DNA from: Polaromonas sp.
Lineage (GTDB): Bacteria > Pseudomonadota > Gammaproteobacteria > Burkholderiales > Burkholderiaceae_C
Direction of reading: 5' to 3'
Length of the DNA stretch: 64,000 bases
Assembly: GCA_043769295.1 (NCBI GenBank)
Contig: JAYVJL010000156.1
Location: forward strand, 1,913-65,912
Notes under the pieces: model-generated
The model's input: only the letters and a program-made list of their open reading frames with translations
Database searches by the model: none
Told to the model about the DNA's origin: nothing
Shown: positions 52,036 to 60,703 of the stretch, piece by piece
Layout: each line of letters opens with the position of its first letter
How positions within the stretch are numbered: the first letter of the stretch is position 1
Program-made: the position numbers and the translations under genes

Positions 52036-53373
52036 TCAGGATTTGGGTATGACTGCTGAGATCAAGGAACCCTGGCCTTCAGCGGATGCAACCGTGAGAC
52101 GACCGCCAGCGGCTTCAACGCGGTGCCGCATACCGGCCAAGCCGTGGCTGCTGGGGCTCACGTTGCCCAGTTTGAAGCCTTTGCCATTGTCTTTCACCTC
52201 GACGGTGATGTAACCCTCAAAATTGTGCATGCTGATATCGACCTGCTGCGCCTGCGCATACTTGCCAATATTGGTCAGCGATTCCTGCACAAGACGGTAA
52301 ATGGTGAGCTGCGCGGAACCACCCAGCTCGACAGTCTCCAGATCGGTTGTGATCTGCAAACCGTTATGGTCCGCAAACTCACGCGCCAATATTTCAAGCG
52401 ATGCCGTCAGCCCAAGATGCGACAACGAGGATGGCCGCAAGTCTTCAACAATCCGCCGCGTCATGACAATCACACCGTTCAGCGTGCTGGCCAGGTGCTC
52501 AAAACGCTCGGCTGCATCTGGCACATTCACGGTCAAGCGGGCTTTCAACCGTGCCACGTCAAGCTTGGCAGCCGTCAGCAAGGAACCCAATTCGTCATGC
52601 AGGGCTCGAGCCAGGTCACCGCGCTCGTCCTCGCGCACGTTTTGCAGATGCGTCGCCAGCTGGGCCAGGTTTGAGGTGCGCTCACGCACCAAAGAATCCA
52701 CCTGGTCACGCTCTCGTTGCAATGATTCCTGTTCGCGCTTGCCCGTTTCCCGCAATACATTGGTTTGCCGCAAATACAGGTAAAAAGCCAGTAAGCCAGC
52801 CAAGGCCAGCAGTGCGATTGCAATACGGGACAACTCCAGAGTTTTTTGAATCTGCCCTTTGCCTTGCGTCATCCTGCCGGCCGTGCTGGCGGTCAGTTTG
52901 CCCACCTGCTCACGGATGACATCCATGTGCTCCTTACCCATATCGGTGGCGATAACAAATTTCCAGGCATCTTCCTGCCCCTCCCTACGCATGCGCACCG
53001 TGATCTCCAGCTCGGCAAGTTTGCGTGAAATGTGCCGAGCCATGATTCTATACACCGCCAGTTGATCGGGGTAGGGCTGCAGCAGCGCAAACAGAGTGTC
53101 CAGCGTTTGGTTGATCTCTGCAATGGCGTTGGTATAGGGCTCCAGATAACTGGCTTGGCCCGTCAGCAAATAGCCGCGCTGCCCGGTTTCAGCGTCTATC
53201 AGATGGATCAGCAACTTGTTCACTGTGCTGAGCGTCTGGGCAGACTCCTCGATGTGCGCGGTGGCTTTCGTTGACTTGTCAAAATTTGTATCGTTGATGA
53301 AGAACAAAACCAGCGCCGCCAAGATGGCCAAGGGCAAACTGATGCGCATTTTGGGGAGTGTAAATTTTTTCAT
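52036..53373 (-). CDS. Sensor histidine kinase, CHASE3-like periplasmic domain plus HisKA_3/HATPase (NarX/LiaS class)
   Basis: TGQRGYLLTG (CHASE3 hallmark), second TM, H-box ARALHDELGSLLTA, HATPase region; GAGGAGAG SD. Confidence 0.85.
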   Translation of the reverse strand: MKKFTLPKMRISLPLAILAALVLFFINDTNFDKSTKATAHIEESAQTLSTVNKLLIHLIDAETGQRGYLLTGQASYLEPYTNAIAEINQTLDTLFALLQPYPDQLAVYRIMARHISRKLAELEITVRMRREGQEDAWKFVIATDMGKEHMDVIREQVGKLTASTAGRMTQGKGQIQKTLELSRIAIALLALAGLLAFYLYLRQTNVLRETGKREQESLQRERDQVDSLVRERTSNLAQLATHLQNVREDERGDLARALHDELGSLLTAAKLDVARLKARLTVNVPDAAERFEHLASTLNGVIVMTRRIVEDLRPSSLSHLGLTASLEILAREFADHNGLQITTDLETVELGGSAQLTIYRLVQESLTNIGKYAQAQQVDISMHNFEGYITVEVKDNGKGFKLGNVSPSSHGLAGMRHRVEAAGGRLTVASAEGQGSLISAVIPKS

Positions 53374-53438
53374 GAAAAACTCTCCTCGCCACGGGTGGGC
53401 TTATTCGTCAATAATGGGGCTTGCCATTCAAGGCAGAG

Positions 53439-54086
53439 ATGAAAGACAGCAAGATGATCAAAATTGGAATCGTGGATGACCATGCCATTGTGCGCTCGGG
53501 GTTGAAACAGTTCTTTTCGGACTTTGTGGACCTGCGCGTGATGGGCGAAGCCGCCAGCGGACGCGAAGCGATTGACCTGGTCCGCACTGTGGAACTGGAC
53601 GTGCTGCTGATGGATTTGTCCATGCCCGGCCAAAGCGGGATTGATGCGCTGGCCATGATACGCGCCAAAGCGCCTGATGTCGGCATCCTCATCTTGAGCG
53701 GCTACCCCGAAGAGCATTACGCGGTCAACCTGATCCGCCAGGGTGCCAGCGGCTACCTCAACAAAGCGTGCGATCCGTCTGAAATCGTCGATGCCATTCG
53801 TGTGATCTCGATGGGTAAACGCTTCATCACGCCGGCGGTGGCCGAGTTGCTGGCGCAGCAGCTGAGCAAATCCAATGACCTGGCGGCGCACGAGCAATTG
53901 TCGGAGCGTGAATTTCAGGTGTTTTTGAAACTGGCCAAGGGTGAGACGGCTGGCGACATTGCCAAAGCCCTGTCGCTGAGCGTGAAAACCGTCAGCACCT
54001 ACAGAACGCGGGTGATGGAAAAAATGAGCCTGGCCTCCAACAGTGACCTCACTTATTACGCGCTTAAAAATAAACTGATCGACTGA
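53439..54086 (+). CDS. NarL/FixJ-family response regulator (receiver plus LuxR HTH)
   Basis: IKIGIVDDHAIVRSGL..DVLLMDLSMPG..LSEREFQVFLKLAKGETAGDIAKALSLSVKTVSTYR. Start is the ATG at 53439 (AAGG upstream) or the ATG at 53454. Confidence 0.85.
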   Translation: MKDSKMIKIGIVDDHAIVRSGLKQFFSDFVDLRVMGEAASGREAIDLVRTVELDVLLMDLSMPGQSGIDALAMIRAKAPDVGILILSGYPEEHYAVNLIRQGASGYLNKACDPSEIVDAIRVISMGKRFITPAVAELLAQQLSKSNDLAAHEQLSEREFQVFLKLAKGETAGDIAKALSLSVKTVSTYRTRVMEKMSLASNSDLTYYALKNKLID

Positions 54087-54111
54087 TGTCTGGACTGCCG
54101 TTTCGGGAGCA

Positions 54112-54132
54112 CTGGCCATGCGGAATGGCCAG
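54112..54132. terminator. Hairpin between convergent response-regulator genes
   Basis: ctggccat-gcgga-atggccag, an 8-bp stem with no clear T-run. Confidence 0.35.
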
Positions 54133-54513
54133 TTAACCCAACGAGGTGCTTTGCTTGACGCAAAAATCCATCAAGGCTTCAATCTCGGTGGATTTGTCAA
54201 AAACGGCATCAGCCCCTAATTGCTGGCAGCGTTTACGTACATCCGTTGTCGCATAATTGGTCAAAACAACGACTTTTTGAGTGGCTAGACGGTCTTTGCA
54301 GGCAAACAAAACACCCATGCCGCTGCCTTGTTTCAAAAATAAATCAACGATAGCCAGATCCCACGTGTTGTAGCGATCTGTCAACCAAGCGACCCCTTCA
54401 TTTTCCGATTCTGATGTCCCGACACTGTTGACACACGTGAGCTCCTCCAGCGTGGCAATCAGATTTTCGCGGATGGTCGCGTTATCTTCAACAAAATAGG
54501 TTTTCAGTAGCAC
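54133..54513 (-). CDS. Single-domain (CheY-like) response regulator
   Basis: YFVEDNATIRENL..DLAIVDLFL..VVVLTN receiver pattern; 126 aa with no output domain. Confidence 0.8.
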   Translation of the reverse strand: MLLKTYFVEDNATIRENLIATLEELTCVNSVGTSESENEGVAWLTDRYNTWDLAIVDLFLKQGSGMGVLFACKDRLATQKVVVLTNYATTDVRKRCQQLGADAVFDKSTEIEALMDFCVKQSTSLG

Positions 54514-54643
54514 GGCGTCGATCTTGTGTATGCATACGACTGTACCTATGCATTTGAAACTATTCTGACATTGAAGAAGCCCATGACATGTAGGACAAAG
54601 CCCAGTCCTGCCAGGCTGTGGGCCATAAAACTGATCAGACCGA

Positions 54644-55231
54644 TTAAACCGCTTTGTAAAAAATATAGTCCGCTTTGTACTTCACGATTTGTTTGCTGCC
54701 CGCCGTGCCCGCATCACAGGCCATCGCAGGTGCAACACCACCCACGGTCGCCACACGCTGGATGTAGGTCACACCGGTCATGGCACCGGCACCCATGGCC
54801 GGGTTGGCTTTGACCAATTGCAGCGGGATGTTGCCAGCACTGCTGGGTGCCACCGCCACTTGTGCGCCTGTCAGCTTGGAGCCGTCCATGCTTTCCCATG
54901 TCGCTGGCGGCCCATAGTATTTACCAACCTGCTTGCCGCTGCGGTTGTTTAATTTTGCGTCCGGGCCGACAAACACCCACTCAAATTGTCCAGCCATGTC
55001 CTTTTTAGGGTTGCAGGCGTAGGTGATTTCGCCCACACCCACGGTTTCCATGACCACTTTGTTACCCGCAGGCACTTGCACAGTCGCAGGCAGGTTGGCT
55101 TGGGAAAACATGGCAGTATCTTTCATCGGCATGTCCATGGACTTCATGCCAGACATGCTGCCGCAGGCCGACAGCATGGACACGGCCAACACAGAAGATG
55201 CCGCAATCAAGGTACGAGATGTTGTTTTCAT
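54644..55231 (-). CDS. DUF3455-type lipoprotein
   Basis: ATG at 55231 (GGAG upstream), lipobox MLSACGS. ITYACNP..FEWVFVGPDAKL..ATWESMDGSKLTG..YIQRVATVGGVAP..C resembles DUF3455. The track ORF start at 55465 is an extension. Confidence 0.7.
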   Translation of the reverse strand: MKTTSRTLIAASSVLAVSMLSACGSMSGMKSMDMPMKDTAMFSQANLPATVQVPAGNKVVMETVGVGEITYACNPKKDMAGQFEWVFVGPDAKLNNRSGKQVGKYYGPPATWESMDGSKLTGAQVAVAPSSAGNIPLQLVKANPAMGAGAMTGVTYIQRVATVGGVAPAMACDAGTAGSKQIVKYKADYIFYKAV

Positions 55232-55304
55232 AAGAACTCCAAAGTTGTTGTATGAAGTATACGCAGCGCCAGGCGGTTTTGGATTCAAAGAAACACCTGA
55301 AAAA

Positions 55305-55976
55305 TCAAGTTTTTGATGGGAAAACGACCATTGCAGCCCCTGCCTGCCACGGCGCGCAGGGTTGCATGACTTGCTTGAACGCGGCAGACACCTCAAAAGC
55401 CCTGAGCCAGGCCTGCACCTGTGGCCAGGGCTGGGCGGCGAACCAAGCCGCATCCGTGTGCGCAAATTGACGAATAAATGGGGCTATGCCGTCGTCAAAC
55501 ATGCCTGGACTGCTATTAAAAAGAGAGTGATTCTGTGCCGATCCGGCCTCCAGATCAGCCACAAACTGCGCTGCCGTGGCCCGACTCATCTGCTTGTCGG
55601 CACCTGCCTCATGGGCATAGCGTTGCGGGTATTTGTAGCGATCCAGGTGGTGTTTGAACGCACCATCGCAGCGCGACAGCAGCGACATGCCCGCATCAAA
55701 CGTGTCGGTGTCGGTTTCAGCGGGTAACCCATGCTCAGGGTCGTTTTGGCGCAGCGCCCACAACATGATCTCCAGACTTTGATCGATAACTTGGCCATCC
55801 GGGGTGATCAGCACTGGCACCGTGCCTTTGGGTGAGGCGGCCAGCAACTCAGCAGGTTTGTTTCGCAACACCACCTCGCGCAGTTCACAAACAATGCCGC
55901 TGGCCAGCAAGGCCAACCGCGCCCGCATGGCGTAGGGACAGCGGCGAAAAGAGTACAGGATGGGTAGATTCGCCAA
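55305..55976 (-). CDS. Glutathione S-transferase family protein
   Basis: LYSFRRCPYAMRARLAL..KGTVPVL thioredoxin-like N-domain plus helical C-domain. Confidence 0.8.
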   Translation of the reverse strand: MANLPILYSFRRCPYAMRARLALLASGIVCELREVVLRNKPAELLAASPKGTVPVLITPDGQVIDQSLEIMLWALRQNDPEHGLPAETDTDTFDAGMSLLSRCDGAFKHHLDRYKYPQRYAHEAGADKQMSRATAAQFVADLEAGSAQNHSLFNSSPGMFDDGIAPFIRQFAHTDAAWFAAQPWPQVQAWLRAFEVSAAFKQVMQPCAPWQAGAAMVVFPSKT

Positions 55977-56039
55977 AATTATCCGTTCGGGCTGAGCTTG
56001 TCGAAGCTCTTACTCGTTTTCACTTGCATTTACTCCCAT

Positions 56040-57026
56040 TTACTCACCTTCATAGGCTTTCTCTGGTTTCTCTTTTTTCGGCATTTTCACGCCGATGTAA
56101 GGCTGATGCCGCTCTTTCGCCAGCTCAATCTGCCGTTGTCGCTCCTCAAAACGGGCAATCTGCTCGGGTGTCTTGGTGTCATGGCAGTGCGGGCAGCTCA
56201 GTCCCAGCACGAAATACGACGATTCCTTGTCCGCCTGGCTGATCGGCTCGCGGCAGGCGCGGCACAGGCCGTAGTCGCCGGGTTTCAGGCCCTGCCCCAC
56301 GGTGACGCGCTCGTCAAACACAAAACACTCGCCCTGCCACAGGCTGTCCGCCTCGGGCACGGTTTCCAGATACTTCAAAATCCCGCCTTCCAGGTGGTAG
56401 ACCTCCTCAAACCCCTGGGCCCGCAGGTAGGCGGTGGATTTTTCACAGCGGATGCCACCCGTGCAAAACATGGCGACTTTGGTTTTTTTGGTTTCAGATT
56501 CAGCAATCTGCGGCTGGTGCATCAACCACTCGGGAAACTGCGAAAAACTCTTCAGCCTCGGGTCAACCGCACCTTTGAAGGTACCAATATCGACCTCATA
56601 GGTGTTGCGGGTGTCGATCACCAACACGTCCGGGTCGCTGATCAGCGCATTCCAGTCCTGCGGCTTCACGTACTTGCCCACCAGTTCGTTGGGCTTGACG
56701 GTGGGCACACCCATGGTGACGATCTCGCGTTTGAGCTTCACCTTCATCCGGTAAAACGGCGGCTTGTCAGACCAGGATTCTTTGTGCTCCAAATTTGACA
56801 GCCGTGGATCGTTTTTAAGATACGCCAACACCGCACGCACCCCCACCTCTGGCCCGGCGATGGTGCTGTTGATGCCCTCATTGGCCAGCAAAATCGTGCC
56901 CTTGACGTCCTGCGACTCGCAAAACGCCAGCAAAGGATCTTTCATCTCGGGGAAATCCGGGAGTTCGACAAACTTGTAGAAAGCTGCCGTGAGGTACGCG
57001 CTGGGGGATACTGAAGAATCTGTCAT
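56040..57026 (-). CDS. trhO: Rhodanese-domain protein of the UPF0176/YceA family (tRNA uridine(34) hydroxylase TrhO)
   Basis: AAFYKFV..LLANEGINSTIAG..VIDTRNTYE..MFCTGGIRCEKS; C-terminal CxxC..CPHC. Confidence 0.75.
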   Translation of the reverse strand: MTDSSVSPSAYLTAAFYKFVELPDFPEMKDPLLAFCESQDVKGTILLANEGINSTIAGPEVGVRAVLAYLKNDPRLSNLEHKESWSDKPPFYRMKVKLKREIVTMGVPTVKPNELVGKYVKPQDWNALISDPDVLVIDTRNTYEVDIGTFKGAVDPRLKSFSQFPEWLMHQPQIAESETKKTKVAMFCTGGIRCEKSTAYLRAQGFEEVYHLEGGILKYLETVPEADSLWQGECFVFDERVTVGQGLKPGDYGLCRACREPISQADKESSYFVLGLSCPHCHDTKTPEQIARFEERQRQIELAKERHQPYIGVKMPKKEKPEKAYEGE

Positions 57027-57140
57027 AAGAACGCTATTTTATCGACTGCACGGCCCGTGGGCCTGGCGCAGATCAAGCGCGATGAAATCGGCACCGTGCC
57101 TGCGGCTTTACCTGCCCTTTGCACCCACTTGCAAGCCTGT

Positions 57141-57196
57141 ACAGACGGCGTACAATTACTAACCAATGGGTTATTAATATCCTATTTTTTTGTAGG
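57141..57196 (-). repeat. Degenerate, longer reverse copy of the dispersed repeat upstream of rpoH
   Basis: acagacggcgtacaattactaaccaatgggttattaatatcctatttttttgtagg; only the two ends match the family. Confidence 0.3.
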
Positions 57197-57267
57197 ACTT
57201 GAACCTTTTCTTTAGCACTCCCTCCAACCGAGTGCTAATATTACGGATCGAACAAAGGAGTTTTTCA

Positions 57268-58239
57268 ATGTCTATGACGATGAATGCTTTGCAACCTGTC
57301 AAGGCTTCTGCCCTCGCGGCCTCCAACACGCTGGCCGTAGCCACGCCTTGGGCAATGACGCCGACGCTGGGTAACCTTGATGCCTACATCACGGCTGCCA
57401 ACCGCATGCCCATGCTCACCCTTGAGGAAGAGCAGCGTTTTGCCAAAAACCTGCGTGATAACAACGACCTGGACGCCGCCGAGAAGCTCGTCCTGTCGCA
57501 CCTGCGCTTGGTTGTCTCCGTCTCCCGCAAGTATCTGGGTTACGGCCTGCCACATGGCGATTTGATCCAGGAAGGCAACATCGGCCTGATGAAAGCCGTC
57601 AAACGCTTTGACCCCGACCAGGGCGTGCGCTTGGTGAGCTATGCCATGCACTGGATCAAGGCCGAAATCCATGAATATGTGTTGAAAAATTGGCGCATGG
57701 TCAAGATGGCGACCACCAAAGCACAGCGCAAGTTGTTTTTTAACCTGCGCTCGATGAAGCAGGAATACAAAGCCGACGCCGCTGCATTGGGCGACGAAAC
57801 ACACAGCAACACGCTGTCTGAGAGCGAAATCGGTCTGATGGCCAAGACGCTGAACGTCAAGCCCGAAGAAGTGATCGAGATGGAAATGCGCCTGTCCGGC
57901 GGCGACGTGCTGCTGGACCCGAGCCCGTCCGACGACGGCGAAGAAGCCTTCGGCCCGATTGCCTACCTGTCTGACACCGGCCACGAGCCGACCCAGATGA
58001 TCGAAGCGCACCAGCGCGACGTGCTGGCCAGCGACGGCATCGCAGCCGCCCTCGCCAGCTTGGACGAGCGCAGCCGCCGGATTGTGGAAGAGCGCTGGTT
58101 GAAGGTCAACGACGACAGCTCGGGCGGCATGACGCTGCACGATCTGGCCGCTGTTTACGGCGTCAGCGCCGAGCGGATTCGCCAGATTGAGGTGGCGGCG
58201 ATGAAGAAGATGAAGAAGACGCTGGCTGAGTTTGCTTAA
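57268..58239 (+). CDS. rpoH: RNA polymerase sigma-32 (heat-shock sigma factor)
   Basis: LVLSHLRLVVSVSRKYLGYGLP..DLIQEGNIGLMKAVKRFDP and the RpoH box QRKLFFNLR. ATG at 57268 with AAGGAG upstream; the track ORF start at 57199 is an extension. Confidence 0.9.
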   Translation: MSMTMNALQPVKASALAASNTLAVATPWAMTPTLGNLDAYITAANRMPMLTLEEEQRFAKNLRDNNDLDAAEKLVLSHLRLVVSVSRKYLGYGLPHGDLIQEGNIGLMKAVKRFDPDQGVRLVSYAMHWIKAEIHEYVLKNWRMVKMATTKAQRKLFFNLRSMKQEYKADAAALGDETHSNTLSESEIGLMAKTLNVKPEEVIEMEMRLSGGDVLLDPSPSDDGEEAFGPIAYLSDTGHEPTQMIEAHQRDVLASDGIAAALASLDERSRRIVEERWLKVNDDSSGGMTLHDLAAVYGVSAERIRQIEVAAMKKMKKTLAEFA

Positions 58240-58257
58240 AACTTGACTGCGTTTTGC

Positions 58258-58284
58258 TAAAAAGGCCCGTTGAGGCCTTTTTTA
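58258..58284 (+). terminator. Rho-independent terminator after rpoH
   Basis: aaaggcc-cgttga-ggccttttttt. Confidence 0.6.
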
Positions 58285-58299
58285 ATGCCTATTTTGGCT

Positions 58300-58343
58300 G
58301 TGGCCGGCGTTTTTATTGCCTAAGCAGCTATTTTATTTGTAGC
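58300..58343 (-). repeat. Dispersed ~45-bp AT-rich repeat, reverse copy
   Basis: gtggccggcgtttttattgcctaagcagctattttatttgtagc. Confidence 0.8.
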
Positions 58344-58371
58344 AAAAATTAATTTGAATACCAAGACTTAA

Positions 58372-58473
58372 ATTCCCCTTCATTGTGAAGGGGTGCCCAG
58401 CGGGCGGGGTAGCAAAGCGCCACCAAACAACTACCCCGTCGCTTCGCGCCACCCCTTCATTTTGAAGGGGAAT
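58372..58473. repeat. 102-bp imperfect long palindrome with two self-complementary sub-hairpins
   Basis: Left arm attccccttcattgtgaaggggtgcccagcgggcggggtag, 18-nt centre, right arm ctaccccgtcgcttcgcgccaccccttcattttgaaggggaat. CCCCTTCA-ttN-TGAAGGGG occurs at 58375-58393 and 58452-58470. Confidence 0.75.
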
Positions 58474-58539
58474 GAGAAACTGCTCGGATGTTACACTCAT
58501 AACGAAAATTAGTCTTTACATCAATTTCAAGGAGTTTTG

Positions 58540-59019
58540 ATGACCGATTTAACCCCTGAAACCGTCGAATACGCTGGCTTTTGGATTCGCGTGGGGGCAT
58601 CCATCATCGATTCGGTTTTACTCATGCTCATCACCTATCCGCTGTTGTTGGCGGTGTATGGTTGGGCGGGGATTGATTACAGCCGAGCCATGCGAACCAC
58701 AGGGTTTGTGGATATTTTGCTGACTTGGGTGTTCCCAATTGTGGTGATTGTCTGGTTTTGGATGCAAAAACAGGCCACACCGGGCAAGATGTTGCTGTCG
58801 CTGCGCGTGGTGGATGCGCAAACAGGCAAAGCGCTGACATTCGGCCAAAGCATAGGGCGCTATTTGGGCTATTTTGTCGCGGGCGTCCCGTTTGGACTGG
58901 GTTTGATCTGGGTCGGTTTTGACCGCAAAAAGCAAGGCTGGCACGACAAACTGGCTGGCACGGTGGTGATTCGCGACAAAAAGCGTGGGGTCGAGGCAGT
59001 TAAGTTCCCACAGGCTTGA
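58540..59019 (+). CDS. RDD-family membrane protein
   Basis: YAGFWIRVGASIIDSVLL..TPGKMLLSLRVV..RYLGYFV..DRKKQGWHDKLAGTVVI; ATG at 58540 with AAGGAG upstream. Confidence 0.8.
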   Translation: MTDLTPETVEYAGFWIRVGASIIDSVLLMLITYPLLLAVYGWAGIDYSRAMRTTGFVDILLTWVFPIVVIVWFWMQKQATPGKMLLSLRVVDAQTGKALTFGQSIGRYLGYFVAGVPFGLGLIWVGFDRKKQGWHDKLAGTVVIRDKKRGVEAVKFPQA

Positions 59020-59045
59020 GGGGCTATTTTCAGTCTTTATTTAGC

Positions 59046-59091
59046 ATATAGCCGGCGTATTTATTGCCTTAATAGCTATTTAAAATGTAGC
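59046..59091 (-). repeat. Dispersed ~45-bp AT-rich repeat, reverse copy
   Basis: atatagccggcgtatttattgccttaatagctatttaaaatgtagc; its reverse complement shares 40 of 46 positions with the copy at 1001. Confidence 0.8.
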
Positions 59092-59119
59092 AAAAATCAG
59101 GCAAACTCAACCTGACATT

Positions 59120-60052
59120 TCAACCCGACATCTCCACCCGATACTCCACCGCCAGCGTGTGCGATTGACCCGCTGGAACGGTGACAGCGTTGTCCAGCGC
59201 GTTGCCGCTTTCGACACAAACGAAGCTTTTCCAGCCTCCCCCATCGTCATCAGCACCCAAATCGCCCATCTGCGCGGCGCGGGTTGCCCACGGGTTCCAG
59301 ACGACGGTGGATTGGCTGCCAAGTTTGGCGATGTGGATGCGGCGCTGCAAAACCGGGTCGACGATAGTGCAGCGGTTGGCGCTGTTGGTGTAGACGCGAT
59401 CGACCTCGGCGGTGAAACCGACAGGGCCGGTTTGGTCGCCCTGCGTCCAGCCGGCGGCTTTGTCGTGGAAATGGACGCCGTCCAGGCCTTCAACCTGCAC
59501 TTGCGCCACGTCGCTGACATGGAAGTAGGTGTGCAGCGCTTCAGAAATGGTGAAGTCTGACTCGCCCAGGTTGCGGGTAATCAAGGCGATTTTGAGGCTG
59601 GCACCGACGTTGACCAGCAGGTCGAGCCGGCTGGCGACATCACCTTGTGGCCAAAATTTCTGCGTTTCAGCTGTGGGCAGGTAGCAGAGGGCGATTTCTG
59701 TGGAGCCGTCTTCCAGGCTGCGGCTACCGGTGACTTGCCAGGGCTGGGCGCGGGCGAATCCGTGGGCGGGGAATGTCGAATCCGAGTCATGCGCGCCAAA
59801 CCACGGCCAGCAGATGGGGATGCCACCGCGAATGGGCGTGTTGGGGGCGAAGGTAGCGGCGGGGGACATCCAGACCACCGGCTCTGGCGTGGAGACGGGT
59901 TGCCAACTGAACAGGTGGCCCCCTTGCAGGCAGAGGCTGGCCGTACCGTGGGCGTTGGTGATGTGGGCGGCGAGCAGGCCATCGCCGATGGGCTGGAAGT
60001 GCAGTTGGCCGGGGATCGTGAAACGGTCGTTCAGCTCAGCAATGGACAGCAT
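59120..60052 (-). CDS. D-hexose-6-phosphate mutarotase (aldose 1-epimerase family, YeaD-like)
   Basis: GGHLFSWQP..IRGGIPICWPWFG..PAHGFAR..EALHTYF..DRVY pattern. Confidence 0.8.
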   Translation of the reverse strand: MLSIAELNDRFTIPGQLHFQPIGDGLLAAHITNAHGTASLCLQGGHLFSWQPVSTPEPVVWMSPAATFAPNTPIRGGIPICWPWFGAHDSDSTFPAHGFARAQPWQVTGSRSLEDGSTEIALCYLPTAETQKFWPQGDVASRLDLLVNVGASLKIALITRNLGESDFTISEALHTYFHVSDVAQVQVEGLDGVHFHDKAAGWTQGDQTGPVGFTAEVDRVYTNSANRCTIVDPVLQRRIHIAKLGSQSTVVWNPWATRAAQMGDLGADDDGGGWKSFVCVESGNALDNAVTVPAGQSHTLAVEYRVEMSG

Positions 60053-60058
60053 GAACGT

Positions 60059-60691
60059 TTACTTCAACAGCAGCGCAATATCCGACGCCAACGCCGGCGC
60101 ACCGCTGCCGTAGCGGGTGTAGAGGCGGACGTTGCCTGTGGTGTCGTACACAAAGCTGCCTGCGGAGTGGTCCATGGTGTAGCTGGTGTCGGTTTTGCCG
60201 GGCGACTTTTTGTAATAGGTTTTGAAGTCTTTGGCGACCACGGCCAGTTTGTCGGGCGTGGTGCGCAGGGCCAGAAAGGTCGGGTCGAAGTTGGCCATGT
60301 AGGCTTTGAGGACTTCGGGGGTGTCGCGTTCGGGGTCGATGGTGACGAACAGGCCTTGCAGCTTGTCGCCGTCTTTGCCGAGCAGCTTTTTGACCTCGGC
60401 CAGCTCGGCCATGGAGGTGGGGCAGACGTCGGGGCACTGGGTGTAGCCGAAGAACAGCACGACGACCTTGCCGGCAAAGTCTTTGATACTGCGGGGTTTA
60501 CCGTTGTGGTCCAGCATCGCGCCGTCGGCGGCGAAGTCGCGGGCGTAGTCGGCACCGGTGATGTCAACGGCTTTGAATTCCAGTTTTTTCTCGATACAGG
60601 CGGTAAATAGGGCTGTAGCCGGCGTGATTATTGCCAAAGAAGCTATTAATTTAATAGCATTTTGCAGCAGTTCGCGTTTATCAAGCATCAT
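60059..60691 (-). CDS. SCO1/SenC-family copper chaperone for cytochrome oxidase
   Basis: GKVVVLFFGYTQCPDVCPT..DPERDTP..HS..YD pattern; N-terminal hydrophobic leader ending LFTAC. Confidence 0.85.
   Translation of the reverse strand: MMLDKRELLQNAIKLIASLAIITPATALFTACIEKKLEFKAVDITGADYARDFAADGAMLDHNGKPRSIKDFAGKVVVLFFGYTQCPDVCPTSMAELAEVKKLLGKDGDKLQGLFVTIDPERDTPEVLKAYMANFDPTFLALRTTPDKLAVVAKDFKTYYKKSPGKTDTSYTMDHSAGSFVYDTTGNVRLYTRYGSGAPALASDIALLLK
60614..60658 (-). repeat. Reverse copy of the dispersed repeat, encoding most of the SCO1 signal/anchor segment
   Basis: tgtagccggcgtgattattgccaaagaagctattaatttaatagc; read on the minus strand as AIKLIASLAIITPAT. Confidence 0.7.
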
Positions 60692-60703
60692 GGGGAAATC
60701 CGG

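Noticed and set aside
57199-57240. Sigma-70 promoter for rpoH from TTGAAC (57200) and TAATAT (57236)
   Set aside because: The spacing between the two hexamers is about 30 nt, far from the 16-18 nt optimum. No promoter call was made.
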